NCBI GenBank assembly: GCA_963785235.1
Contig: CAWAUM010000003.1
Coordinates: forward strand, 256,001 to 320,000
Origin: an uncultured delta proteobacterium
GTDB lineage: Bacteria; Desulfobacterota; Desulfomonilia; UBA1062
Length of the DNA: 64,000 bases
Direction of reading: 5' to 3'
Shown here: positions 1 to 9,262 of the stretch, in pieces
Layout of the letters: the number at the start of each line of letters is the position of its first letter
How positions within the stretch are numbered: the first letter of the stretch is position 1
Program-made: the position numbers and the translations under genes
The notes under the pieces: model-generated
The model's input: only the letters and a program-made list of their open reading frames with translations
Told to the model about the DNA's origin: nothing
Database searches by the model: none

Positions 1-183
1 TTTGCCTCCGAATTCCTTTGGCGTGCCGATGCCGAGCATACCGGAGTCACCTAACTCCTTCCACAGGTCCAGGGGAAAGGAGGTACTTGATGAGAGTCCT
101 GCCCTGGCGGCTATGGACCGCATTGCAAAATCTGCAACCTGCTGCTGGAGACCCTTCAGGTCATCTGCTTGAGCGTATCTCAT
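1..183 (-). CDS. Acyl-CoA dehydrogenase, N-terminal part (runs off window edge)
   Basis: Manual translation from ATG at 183: MRYAQADDLKGLQQQVADFAMRSIAARAGLSSSTSFPLDLWKELGDSGMLGIGTPKEFGGK, matching the ACAD N-terminal FP..LW..LG..G.LGI..P.E.GG pattern. Confidence 0.8.
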   Translation of the reverse strand, partial: MRYAQADDLKGLQQQVADFAMRSIAARAGLSSSTSFPLDLWKELGDSGMLGIGTPKEFGGK

Positions 184-188
184 GGATA

Positions 189-1565
189 TCAGAGCACCAG
201 CTCCTCAATGAAATCTATGAGCTGATTGAGATTGCGGCACTGCCTGAGCTCGTGGCAGTGCTGCTTGTAGGCATACATCTCAGAGTCCCCTGTGTTCCAG
301 CTGCCCACAGGCTCCGGATTGAGCCAGATAACCCTCCGGCAGCGGTCCCGCATCTCCCCTAGAATCCTGTCCTCCGGATGCAGGTAGTTGGTCCTTGCAT
401 CCCCCATGATGATAAGTGTTGTGCGCTTGTTGAGGATATCCATATGGTCGCGATCAAACTGTCTGAAGGTCTCGCCGTAATCCGTAGGCACATAATAGTT
501 GAATTCCAGGTCTTTCAGGATCAACTCGATGGCATGGTTCGGTTCGTTGTTGTCGAATACATCCGTAACCTCTTTCAATCCTGCGACAAAAACAAAGCTG
601 TTCACCTTCTCGAAGCACTCATGCAGCGAGTAAAGGACATTGAGCATGAACCTTGCTGCAGACCAGACCGACGACGAGATGTCACACAGGGTGACAATTT
701 TACCCTTCTTGGGTGGACGTTTTCTGAACAGGATCTCAACAGGCACACCATTGTACCTTGCAGACCTGCGGAGCGTCTTCTTTACATCCAGCACACCCCT
801 ATTGTTCTGAGCATATCTTCGCGAAATGATATCCTTGAGCTTCCGTACAAGATTATCAAGGACATCGCGAACATCTTCTATCTCTTTCGCGCTCAATGAA
901 GCAAAGGGCCTCTCACCGAGCTCCATGAGGTGCTTTTCATGGGTCTTGTAACCCCGCTGCTCATCGGTGTATGGCCTGGGCTCCTTGAGCAGCAGCGCAA
1001 AGGCGCTTTGGAGATACTCATTGAAATATCTGGTCAGCTCCTGGCGCATGGCACTGTTAAACGCAAAAGGATTGTCATGAAGGAATCTGCCTATCTCTTC
1101 ACGCACCTTATTGAGAGCCACCATGACCTTGAGCCTGTTTGCCAGCGGGCCAAGGTTGAATTTCATGCCTAAGCTGGGAGAATCGCCTTGGCTCTGGATC
1201 TGCCGCATCATCTCCAGGAACATGAGCGGGTCTCCCGAGAGGAACTCGATGATGGCGTTATGCGAACGGTCGCCGTTTGCCTGGTCCCGCAGGGAGTTGA
1301 TGACCTGGTCGGCCTTGCCCGCAAGACCCTCCTCTTCTGAGAGGTCGCCCCTGAGTTCATGAAAGAAGAGGTGGTAGAGACGGTCAAAGTGTGCCTGGTC
1401 CCGTCTGCTCTTGGCAAAGTTGGCCCGCAGGGCTGCCCGGAATTCCGTCTCATCCAGTACATCAACGAGCTCGATCTGCTCGACGCAGTCGATGACCTCG
1501 GCGGTGGAGATACGATATCCGGCTGCCCTGCAGCATGCCACGAACTTCAGGATTGGGTTTATCAT
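189..1565 (-). CDS. VWA domain-containing CoxE-like protein
   Basis: LDVKKTLRRS, MIDAS-like CDISSSV, TDYG, GDARTNY and WLNPEP motifs; adjacent to a MoxR ATPase. Confidence 0.85.
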   Translation of the reverse strand: MINPILKFVACCRAAGYRISTAEVIDCVEQIELVDVLDETEFRAALRANFAKSRRDQAHFDRLYHLFFHELRGDLSEEEGLAGKADQVINSLRDQANGDRSHNAIIEFLSGDPLMFLEMMRQIQSQGDSPSLGMKFNLGPLANRLKVMVALNKVREEIGRFLHDNPFAFNSAMRQELTRYFNEYLQSAFALLLKEPRPYTDEQRGYKTHEKHLMELGERPFASLSAKEIEDVRDVLDNLVRKLKDIISRRYAQNNRGVLDVKKTLRRSARYNGVPVEILFRKRPPKKGKIVTLCDISSSVWSAARFMLNVLYSLHECFEKVNSFVFVAGLKEVTDVFDNNEPNHAIELILKDLEFNYYVPTDYGETFRQFDRDHMDILNKRTTLIIMGDARTNYLHPEDRILGEMRDRCRRVIWLNPEPVGSWNTGDSEMYAYKQHCHELRQCRNLNQLIDFIEELVL

Positions 1566-1575
1566 CTGGGCAAAC

Positions 1576-2485
1576 CTAGTTTACAAGTTCCTGCGCCTTT
1601 TCCTTCACCGCCTGGGCATCGGAGCGATATTTGCAGAGCATGTTCAGTGTCTCGAGCAGAACTTCAGGGGTGATTTCCTCCACATTCAAGGCAAGCAGCG
1701 ACCGCGCCCAGTCAATCGTCTCGGAGATGCATGGCTTCTTTTTCAGGTCAACGTTGCGGATGTTTCGAACAGTATCCACGACCTGCTCGGCAAGCCTTAC
1801 GAGATATCCCGGGGATCTTGATGGTGACGATGCGCAGCTCCAGCTCGCGCTCAGGGTATTCGATATAGATATGGATGCAGCGGCGCTTCAGTGCATCGCT
1901 CATGTCGCGGTAGTTGTTGGAGGTGAGCACTACGAAGGGGATATTCACGGCCTTCATGGTCCCGAGCTCGGGGATGGAGACCTGGAAATCACTGAGCAGC
2001 TCCAGCAGGAATGCCTCGAATTCAGGGTCGGATTTGTCCACCTCATCGATGAGCAGGACCACGGGGTCCTTTGAACTGATTGCCTTCAGCAGCGGCCGGG
2101 GCTGGATGAAGCGTTCGGAAAAGAAGGCGTCTTCCTGGTCGGCAATACGGTCTACGGCTTCCGTGAGCGTTTTGGCGCCGGTAATGACATCGCTGATCTT
2201 TTCTTTCACCATCTGGGTGTAAAGGAGCTGCTTGGCATATTCCCACTCGTACAGTGCCTTGGCCTCATCAAGGCCCTCATAGCACTGGAGGCGGATGAGC
2301 TCGCAGTCAAAAGCCCGTGCGATTGCCTTTGCCAGCTCCGTCTTTCCCACGCCGGCAGGCCCTTCCACAAGGATGGGCTTGCCGGTGGCTGAGGCAAGGA
2401 ACACAACAGTGGCAATCTCCCGGGAGGTGATATACCCGACAACCTGTAATCTTTCCTGAACATCTGCTACATTTTTGAACATCAT
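1576..2485 (-). CDS. MoxR-family AAA+ ATPase (CoxD-like), split by a frameshift near 1790
   Basis: Walker A GPAGVGKT, RLQCYEGLD, Walker B LLIDEVDK, DALKRRC; C-terminus (KKPCISETIDWARSL) continues in ORF 1576..1779. Confidence 0.85.
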
Positions 2486-2617
2486 GGGTTGATCCTTCCT
2501 TGTAAGGCATTATTCTATACACCAAGTGCAGCAAGAAGGAAATATCATCACAAGAATAACGGGGAGGATAAGATAAAAGGCGGATCGTAGCGCTCCTGTT
2601 GCCGGCATTTTTTCCTG

Positions 2618-2770
2618 ATGGGTACTTTTCAGGCTGGGACACTGAAACTCGCCACAACCGATTGGGAACCTTATGTGGGGAAAGCAATCAAGGGTGAAAG
2701 GCTCAATGCTGAGATAGTAACAGAAGCATTCAAGGTGGCCGGGCAGGAACGCCCGGCCCCCTTATTATAA
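2618..2770 (+). pseudogene. Truncated remnant of a family-3 periplasmic solute-binding protein
   Basis: MGTFQAGTLKLATTDWEPYVGKAIKGERLNAEIVTEAFKVAGQ resembles the SBP_bac_3 N-terminus, then stops after 50 aa; GGAGG upstream. Confidence 0.55.
2737..2758. terminator. GC-rich hairpin downstream of the 2781..3821 gene
   Basis: ggccgggc-aggaac-gcccggcc inverted repeat. Confidence 0.4.
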
Positions 2771-2780
2771 ATCCTGTTTG

Positions 2781-3821
2781 TTATTGCACCCAGGCAAGGT
2801 CTTCGAGTGTATTCGGATACTGGCCGATCCCAAAGAACCCGAAACAGCTGTCGTTTCCTTCCGTAATGTACGCTTGTACACTATCTGTATTCGGATTGGG
2901 CGGTGTTGCAAGGACATTGATGATCGGCTGCAAGGTGCTATTCTCAAGACCACTCAATGTGGTTGTCATATAGTATGTGTAAGAATCTGATGAGTTGTTG
3001 TTCTGGTCATTGCGCGCCATAAAGGCCATCTCACTCGCTGGGGATGCTATGCTCCCGCCCCCCATGACCTCCCAGTTGCCACCTGCTGCATTCGTACATT
3101 CAGATATCTTGAAGGACTTCTCATTTATGTTCCCTTCCCACCTGAACTGCACCTTGCTCCCGGTAATGCCAGCATGCCAGACCCGCACAACATTGCCTTC
3201 AATCATTGCTAAATACGCACCTGATTGCGTATTACCGATTACGTACTGTTCAACAATAGTCTGGTTTCCGCCCTCTTGAGAAAAGGCCATGTGGATCGTC
3301 ATATTCTGATCCGGCACACTCAGGGTAACAAGCCTGTCAAGTGGTTGCAGCAGGTCCAATAAATCCGAATCAAAGCCGAGAAAGGGGATGGTGACAGTTC
3401 TGATGGCTGTATCCACTACGGCAGAGTTATTGCCTTGGCTGTATGTTCCGGAAGTTCCCCAGCTATCCGAGAACTGGTTTACCAGTTGGATATGGGAATC
3501 CAGCACCTGAATCTGGCTGTAAATGCATTCATCCCCGCCATTTGCCGAATCAAAAAGTTTGCCCAGCACTGTGCTGCTTGCACCGGGATTCCAACTGTTC
3601 CAATCAGCCAAGTTGCTTGTCCCTGCGGATAGACTGCCTTTATTGAGGTAGGGTGTACAGGTTTTCACCTGCGCAGTAAACAGGCCCAGTTTGGTCCCGG
3701 GAGTCCCATTGTTATTCCCATCGCCGCCTGAATTATCATCGCCCCCGCCGCCTCCTCCGCCCCCGCACCCGGCAAGGACCATGAGTGTACCGATAACCAG
3801 GGCCAACATTGTTCTATTCAT
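2781..3821 (-). CDS. Hypothetical lipoprotein with Gly-rich tether
   Basis: Signal peptide with lipobox LAGC, then GGGGGGGG linker; GAGGGG RBS upstream. Confidence 0.75.
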   Translation of the reverse strand: MNRTMLALVIGTLMVLAGCGGGGGGGGDDNSGGDGNNNGTPGTKLGLFTAQVKTCTPYLNKGSLSAGTSNLADWNSWNPGASSTVLGKLFDSANGGDECIYSQIQVLDSHIQLVNQFSDSWGTSGTYSQGNNSAVVDTAIRTVTIPFLGFDSDLLDLLQPLDRLVTLSVPDQNMTIHMAFSQEGGNQTIVEQYVIGNTQSGAYLAMIEGNVVRVWHAGITGSKVQFRWEGNINEKSFKISECTNAAGGNWEVMGGGSIASPASEMAFMARNDQNNNSSDSYTYYMTTTLSGLENSTLQPIINVLATPPNPNTDSVQAYITEGNDSCFGFFGIGQYPNTLEDLAWVQ

Positions 3822-4009
3822 GGGTATCCCCTCATAATGTCATGATATTGTATCTATACGGTTTATGGGTGGGAAAAGTTTAATCAGGGCTGTTCTTGTA
3901 ATCATTTCATCATCTTGTTAAATATTTTTTTCATATTTTTTTCATATCTTGACTTTGTTGCACTTGGCCCTATTATCGTTAATCAAATTTGTTATGAAAG
4001 GAGTTTTAA

Positions 4010-4351
4010 ATGATGAAGGTCAGAAAAGTAGTGTGGTGTGTCGTTTTATTCTTATTTGCCTTTAGTGTCCCTTTAATTGCGGCACAAGGCGTAATCAACG
4101 TGAATACCGCAACCAAGGAAGAGCTCATGATGCTGCCCGGTATAGGGGACAAGACAGCATCGGCCATCGTGGCATACAGGAAGGCGAACGGACCATTCAA
4201 GACTATTGATGACATGATAAAAATCAAGGGCATCAGCAAGAAAAAACTTGATAAGCTGCGTCCATCTCTGGTCCTGACAGGTCAGAACACCTTCATCCCT
4301 GCCCAAACTCAGAAGGAGGTCAATAAAACCGCTTCAAAAACAAAAAAATGA
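4010..4351 (+). CDS. comEA: ComEA-family helix-hairpin-helix DNA-binding protein
   Basis: Signal peptide; INVNTATKEELMMLPGIGDKTASAIVAYR..NGPFKT..D...IKGI HhH motifs. Confidence 0.85.
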   Translation: MMKVRKVVWCVVLFLFAFSVPLIAAQGVINVNTATKEELMMLPGIGDKTASAIVAYRKANGPFKTIDDMIKIKGISKKKLDKLRPSLVLTGQNTFIPAQTQKEVNKTASKTKK

Positions 4352-4397
4352 CCAGGCAACAACCATCTTGCCCCTCTGGAGAAGTCTTATAAACTTG

Positions 4398-4435
4398 AAC
4401 CGGTGCCGCTTTTTTGTGGCGGCATCGGTTTTTTT
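4398..4435. terminator. Rho-independent terminator between convergent comEA and the DnaJ-class gene
   Basis: aaccggtgccgc...gcggcatcggtt stem followed by a T-run. Confidence 0.75.
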
Positions 4436-5393
4436 ACTCGGCCTTATCGGCCTTGAAAGATGAAATCTTCTTCAACTCGGTAAAGAGTTTTTTCTCCTCG
4501 TTACTCAAGTGTTTTGGGGTTACAATCTTGATTTGAGCGAACAGATCACCTTTATGGGCCAGGCCTTTACCCTTTAGTCTGAGCCTTTGGCCGGAAGAAA
4601 CACCCGAGGGTATCTTAAGGTTGAGTTTTCCATCCAGGGTTTCCACCTCGCAGGTAGTCCCAAGGGCTGCATCCCAAGGGGTTATTGGTATCTCTACAAT
4701 AAAGTCTGACCCTTCCTGCTTGTACCTTTGGTCAGGATTTACCTTTATTTTCAGATACAGGTCTCCTGATCCGCCAGTGCCCAAATTGCCCTGCCCACCG
4801 AGGCGGATCTTCATACCGTCATAGGCACCTTGGGGTATCTTGACATTCAGCCGCTTTTCTCCACCAGGTGCCTGGATAAGGATCTCTTTGGTTCCCCCCT
4901 TATGTGCATCCTCCAGTGAGACGGCAATCTCAGACTCCAAATCGCTCCCCTTTTGAGGGGCGGAACGGTACTCGCGCTGGCGGCCCATGCCCGACTCTCC
5001 GAAAAGGGTCTCAAAAAAATCCGAGAATGCCCCTGCCCCCTCGCTGCCTCGGGCCCCGGGTTCGAATTCGAAACTGAAATTCCTGCCCCCCGTGCGTCTC
5101 CCCTTTGGAGCGAAGTTGCCATCAGTGAAAAAATTCTCGAATCCCGGAGGCGGCCTGAAAGACTGGCCTTCCTGCCAGTTATTGCCCAAGGCATCATAGC
5201 GCTGGCGCTTCTCAGGATCTTCAAGGACCTCATGCGCCTCGTTCAATTCTTTGAACCGCTTCTCGGCTGTAGGATCATTCTTGCACATGTCAGGATGACA
5301 GGTGCGAGCGAGCTTGCGGTATTTCTTTTTTATCTCTTCCTGGCTCGCATTACGCTCAACACCTAAGATTTTGTAATAATCTTTATATTCCAC
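4434..5393 (-). CDS. cbpA: DnaJ-class chaperone without zinc finger (CbpA-like)
   Basis: J domain ([11 protein letters not shown]), G/F region, C-terminal domain GDLYL...[10 protein letters not shown]. Confidence 0.85.
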   Translation of the reverse strand: MEYKDYYKILGVERNASQEEIKKKYRKLARTCHPDMCKNDPTAEKRFKELNEAHEVLEDPEKRQRYDALGNNWQEGQSFRPPPGFENFFTDGNFAPKGRRTGGRNFSFEFEPGARGSEGAGAFSDFFETLFGESGMGRQREYRSAPQKGSDLESEIAVSLEDAHKGGTKEILIQAPGGEKRLNVKIPQGAYDGMKIRLGGQGNLGTGGSGDLYLKIKVNPDQRYKQEGSDFIVEIPITPWDAALGTTCEVETLDGKLNLKIPSGVSSGQRLRLKGKGLAHKGDLFAQIKIVTPKHLSNEEKKLFTELKKISSFKADKAE

Positions 5394-5496
5394 CTGATCA
5401 CCCCACTTGTCATTTGTTTCTTAACATAGGGATTATGCGCTAAAATATCAATAGATACGAGGAATAAAGAAGGGAAAAGCCATTAGTGGCCCAACT

Positions 5497-6417
5497 CTAG
5501 AAACGGGTTTTCACCTGGGCAATGATCTGGTGAGGGATGTCCGAGAGTTCTTTGGTAAGATAGCCGGAGGCATGAAGGGTTTGAATGGACTTATCAAGGT
5601 ATTCCTGGGCGATTGCCCTGCTCCCTCTTAGGATCTCCGTATCAAGCATGGACACAATATAATCTTTCTTTTCCTCGGGAGTGGGTAACGTCGCTATTTT
5701 TCTGAGCACGTCAGGCCTCTTGTTGAAAAGGATCACCAGCGGCAGCGTGGACTTTCCCTCCAGAATATCATTGAAGGCATCTTTGTTGTCTGTTTCATCA
5801 GGGCTTACATTGATGATGTCATCCACGATCTGAAATCCCATGCCCACAAGCCGGCCGAAGGAAGCGAGGTCGTCCAGGGCCTTCTCGGAAAGACCGGCGA
5901 GGATACCCGTGCCCATGCTGCACAGTTCGAACAGGGATGCGGTTTTGAGGTAGATAATCTTCAGATATACTTCCTTGCTGTCATGGAAGGCGTGTGCGTG
6001 TTCAAGCTCCATGAGCTCGCCTTCGGACATCTTCTTGATCGTCTGGACCACGCTCAAGGCAAGGCGCATGTCTCCCAGCGAGCACATGGTTTCCATGGCC
6101 GATGCTGAAATGAAATCACCTGCAAGCAGGGCCGGCTTGTCGCCAAAGATCTGGTTCGCCGTGGGTCTTGAACGGCGTATCTCTGTGCCGTCAACTACAT
6201 CGTCGTGCAGCAGGCTGGCCGTGTGCATGAGCTCAACGGTATAGGCGAAAGGCATAAAGACCGATTGAGGTAGACCTATGGCACTGCCAATAAGCCCCAC
6301 GATCTTCGGTCGCAGGCGCTTTCCTCCGGAATCCAGGATATATTGGCCGATTCTTCCGGTATACGATGATGAGCTGGCAAGGATCTCCTTGAGATGTACC
6401 TCAAAGTCGTCATTCAT
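5497..6417 (-). CDS. Polyprenyl diphosphate synthase (IspB-like)
   Basis: GGKRLRP, HTASLLHDDVVD..RR, KTA and FQIVDD motifs; start placed at MNDDF. Confidence 0.9.
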   Translation of the reverse strand: MNDDFEVHLKEILASSSSYTGRIGQYILDSGGKRLRPKIVGLIGSAIGLPQSVFMPFAYTVELMHTASLLHDDVVDGTEIRRSRPTANQIFGDKPALLAGDFISASAMETMCSLGDMRLALSVVQTIKKMSEGELMELEHAHAFHDSKEVYLKIIYLKTASLFELCSMGTGILAGLSEKALDDLASFGRLVGMGFQIVDDIINVSPDETDNKDAFNDILEGKSTLPLVILFNKRPDVLRKIATLPTPEEKKDYIVSMLDTEILRGSRAIAQEYLDKSIQTLHASGYLTKELSDIPHQIIAQVKTRF

Positions 6418-6645
6418 CCCTAGAGCTATAACAGACCATATTACCAATATCAATGACAACATGGTCTCATTATCTACACTGATAATTGAGGGTTCTTACC
6501 TTGAGTAAGCTTATACGATTTATTAAAATCAAGAAGACATGAGTCCTCAGGAGTTGTATATTGTAATGACATCAGGCCGGACATTTGCTTTTCTGATTTT
6601 GGAAATAACCATCGGCATCACGGCATTAATCGAGGGGGGTTTATT

Positions 6646-7221
6646 ATGAGGTATGTTTTGAGAAGGTCTATTTGGTCTGTTTTCTTCTCAATGTTATTAT
6701 GCTCATGTTCTCTGCCTGTAACCAAGGTCGATATACAATCCTTCGGCCTGGAGAAACCCGATGTCACCAAAGACCAGGCACTGGCATCTTTGACCAATAT
6801 CTTTGTCAACCGTGGATTTGATATAAAGTTTGCCAACAAAGAGGCAGGCCTGGTAACAACCGAATATAAAAAATTTGCATCCATGGGTGATAGACCTCCC
6901 TTCGATTATTACATGCAGGTAAAGGGGCGAATCATGGAAGCAAATGATACCACCAAGATTACCTTGACCCCCATTGTAAAAAGCCAGAACCGAATGAACG
7001 CTGCTGATTTCACCGAGCGTGAATTGTCCTACTTCATAGGTGATGCACCGGCGATTCAAAAAATCGGCAGCATGAAAGATAATGTCGGATGGAGGGCCAT
7101 CGGCCAGATCGTATTCATGAATATAGTCCACGATACAGCAGAAACCTATGGACTGACTATTGAAGAATTAACACAGAATGTGACCAAGACACCGTCATCT
7201 ACATCAGAAGCGGATGAGTAA
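6646..7221 (+). CDS. Hypothetical lipoprotein
   Basis: Lipobox-like LLCSC, good RBS, 191 aa. Confidence 0.65.
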   Translation: MRYVLRRSIWSVFFSMLLCSCSLPVTKVDIQSFGLEKPDVTKDQALASLTNIFVNRGFDIKFANKEAGLVTTEYKKFASMGDRPPFDYYMQVKGRIMEANDTTKITLTPIVKSQNRMNAADFTERELSYFIGDAPAIQKIGSMKDNVGWRAIGQIVFMNIVHDTAETYGLTIEELTQNVTKTPSSTSEADE

Positions 7222-7243
7222 AACAAATGTACCGGAGGTTTTT

Positions 7244-8173
7244 ATGAGAAACAGTATCCTGACATTTACCGTTATCCTCCTCATGGCCATTATGGGCTGT
7301 GAGAGCAACATGTTGGAACCCCTTGCAGATGATTCCAGCAAAGAGGCGAGTCTTGAAGAGGCCAAGATGGACCTTGACGACGGGAACTATGACTCTGCCA
7401 TCTCTGCACTGAGCAGTTACAGAGGTTCATCAGATCCCGAGGTTGCGGGGATACTGTCATCCGCCTATATGGGAAAGGCCGGCCTGGATCTGACCTATAT
7501 GCTTGAGCATATCGATTCAGAGAATTCGGACAACTTCGATGTTATCGCCTCCGCCTTCTCCCTCAAGACAACAGAACAGCTCAATGCATCGTCATCCGTG
7601 CTGTACAAGGCAGGCTCGGATACCACGCCTCGTTTCATCACAACTGGATCCGTTGTTACGCTGCTTACAAATCTTTCCCTGGCGCAGAAGTATCTCACAA
7701 CCTCTCTGGCAGCAAATCCGGGCAATAAAAACATCACCGACGACCTCACCGTGCAGCTGGGCATTGCATCGGCACTGCATTTCATCATAGACATAGGCTA
7801 TATCATTGCTGATGTGAAAGGACTGCAACATCCCCATAAACCAGGCAGCCTACCAGGCAGTCTTCCCCCGAAGCCCAACGTGACCACCTTGGGCAACCAG
7901 GTGGATGGATATCTCAGTACCCATGCAGCGGAGTTGCAGGCTTTCAATGGGGACATAGCCGGTTTGCGAAACGACCTCTGGAATGTTTACCTTACTGTTG
8001 AGGTGTTCATTACCAATCTCGGCTCGGATGAAGATATAACCCGTGACTTTAATGAATTTATAACCGATCTCCTGGGGCTTCCTACGGAATCAAGTAAGGC
8101 TGTCATCAAGGATGCCGTAGATTTTTATGATGGGTCTGACATCGTGAATTTTATTAACAACAAGCTTCTTTAG
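7244..8173 (+). CDS. Hypothetical lipoprotein with TPR-like N-terminal helices
   Basis: GGAGG RBS, lipobox IMGC; LEEAKMDLDDGNYDSAI..SAYMGKAGLD helical repeat. Confidence 0.65.
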   Translation: MRNSILTFTVILLMAIMGCESNMLEPLADDSSKEASLEEAKMDLDDGNYDSAISALSSYRGSSDPEVAGILSSAYMGKAGLDLTYMLEHIDSENSDNFDVIASAFSLKTTEQLNASSSVLYKAGSDTTPRFITTGSVVTLLTNLSLAQKYLTTSLAANPGNKNITDDLTVQLGIASALHFIIDIGYIIADVKGLQHPHKPGSLPGSLPPKPNVTTLGNQVDGYLSTHAAELQAFNGDIAGLRNDLWNVYLTVEVFITNLGSDEDITRDFNEFITDLLGLPTESSKAVIKDAVDFYDGSDIVNFINNKLL

Positions 8174-8187
8174 GATAAAAGAGGGGG

Positions 8188-9255
8188 TTGACTATGAAAA
8201 AAATCCCGTTCCTGACGGTGTTATTTGTCTTTGTTTCTTGTATCTGTATGGCAGCGGAGTACCCTTATATCTACAAGGGCTTCAGGCCAATGGGTATGGG
8301 CGGCGCTTTTGTTGCGGTATCCAATGACGCGAATGCCCTTTTCTATAATCCGGCAGGTCTTGCTGATATTGAAAACATCCGGGTTTCCATCTTCAGCCTT
8401 GAGGTCGAGACAAGCGAGAATACCACCGGTCTCATCAAGGATGCCATGGATACGGACTTCGGCAATGCTGCGGAGAGCGCGCAGTTCCTGAGAGATCATA
8501 TGGGGGACCGTTCTCATCTAGGCATTGCCATTGTGCCAAGCTATTCCATGCCGCGGTTCGCAGTTACCCTCCTCGGTACCGGGAGGATGGACCTGGAGGT
8601 GAGGGACAGACAATATCCCAAGCTGGATGTGATTGTTGTAAGCGATACCGGTTTAGGCGCAGGATATGCACATCCCTTTCTCGATAATACCCTCCTGGTG
8701 GGGGCGAGCGCAAAATATATCTACCGGCAGAGCCTTACCCAGGAATATACCGTGGCTGACCTCTCAGATGAACTTTCAGACACAATCAAGGATGACCTGG
8801 AAAAAGGCAATGGGATACTGGTGGACCTGGGGGTCATCTATAGATTAAGCAAATTCCAATTTGCAAATTCCCGCCTTGGGATATCTGCGAACAACCTCTT
8901 TGGCGGTGGTCTCGGCGATGCAGCGGATGCGACCCAGCACGTGGACATCGGGTTTGCCCAGGATCTGGACCTGAAGGTGACTAATGCCACGTTTGCCGTC
9001 GATTATGTGGACATCTTCAACCAGTTCGACCAGGACAGCGATATGGCCAAGAGGCTCAGACTCGGCGTTGAATGTAAATTCCTTGATATCGTTAATGTGC
9101 GCGCAGGACTCTATCAGGGATATTTCACCGCAGGACTGAACCTTGAAGCCAGGATCGTGCGTCTCGATCTCTTGACCTATGCAGAAGAAATAGGAGCCTA
9201 TGCAGGCCAGAGGGTTGACAGGAGATACGCAGGTCGTTTTGTCTTCGGCTTTTGA
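8188..9255 (+). CDS. Outer-membrane beta-barrel (TraF_2/PorV/FadL-like)
   Basis: Signal peptide; RPMGMGGAFVAVSNDANALFYNPAGLA plug motif; amphipathic strands; C-terminal Phe. Confidence 0.75.
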   Translation: MTMKKIPFLTVLFVFVSCICMAAEYPYIYKGFRPMGMGGAFVAVSNDANALFYNPAGLADIENIRVSIFSLEVETSENTTGLIKDAMDTDFGNAAESAQFLRDHMGDRSHLGIAIVPSYSMPRFAVTLLGTGRMDLEVRDRQYPKLDVIVVSDTGLGAGYAHPFLDNTLLVGASAKYIYRQSLTQEYTVADLSDELSDTIKDDLEKGNGILVDLGVIYRLSKFQFANSRLGISANNLFGGGLGDAADATQHVDIGFAQDLDLKVTNATFAVDYVDIFNQFDQDSDMAKRLRLGVECKFLDIVNVRAGLYQGYFTAGLNLEARIVRLDLLTYAEEIGAYAGQRVDRRYAGRFVFGF

Positions 9256-9262
9256 GAAGGGA

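Noticed and set aside
3925-3947. Tandem tttttt(t)catat repeat upstream of comEA
   Set aside because: Only two low-complexity units; insufficient to call a regulatory site
7810-7880. Pro-rich segment PHKPGSLPGSLPPKP and the ccaggcag direct repeat
   Set aside because: An alternative frame reads CNIPINQAAYQAVFP, so two compensating indels are more likely than a real repeat domain
8188-9255. TraF-like barrel read as evidence of a conjugative element
   Set aside because: No relaxase, T4SS or integrase genes nearby; housekeeping context
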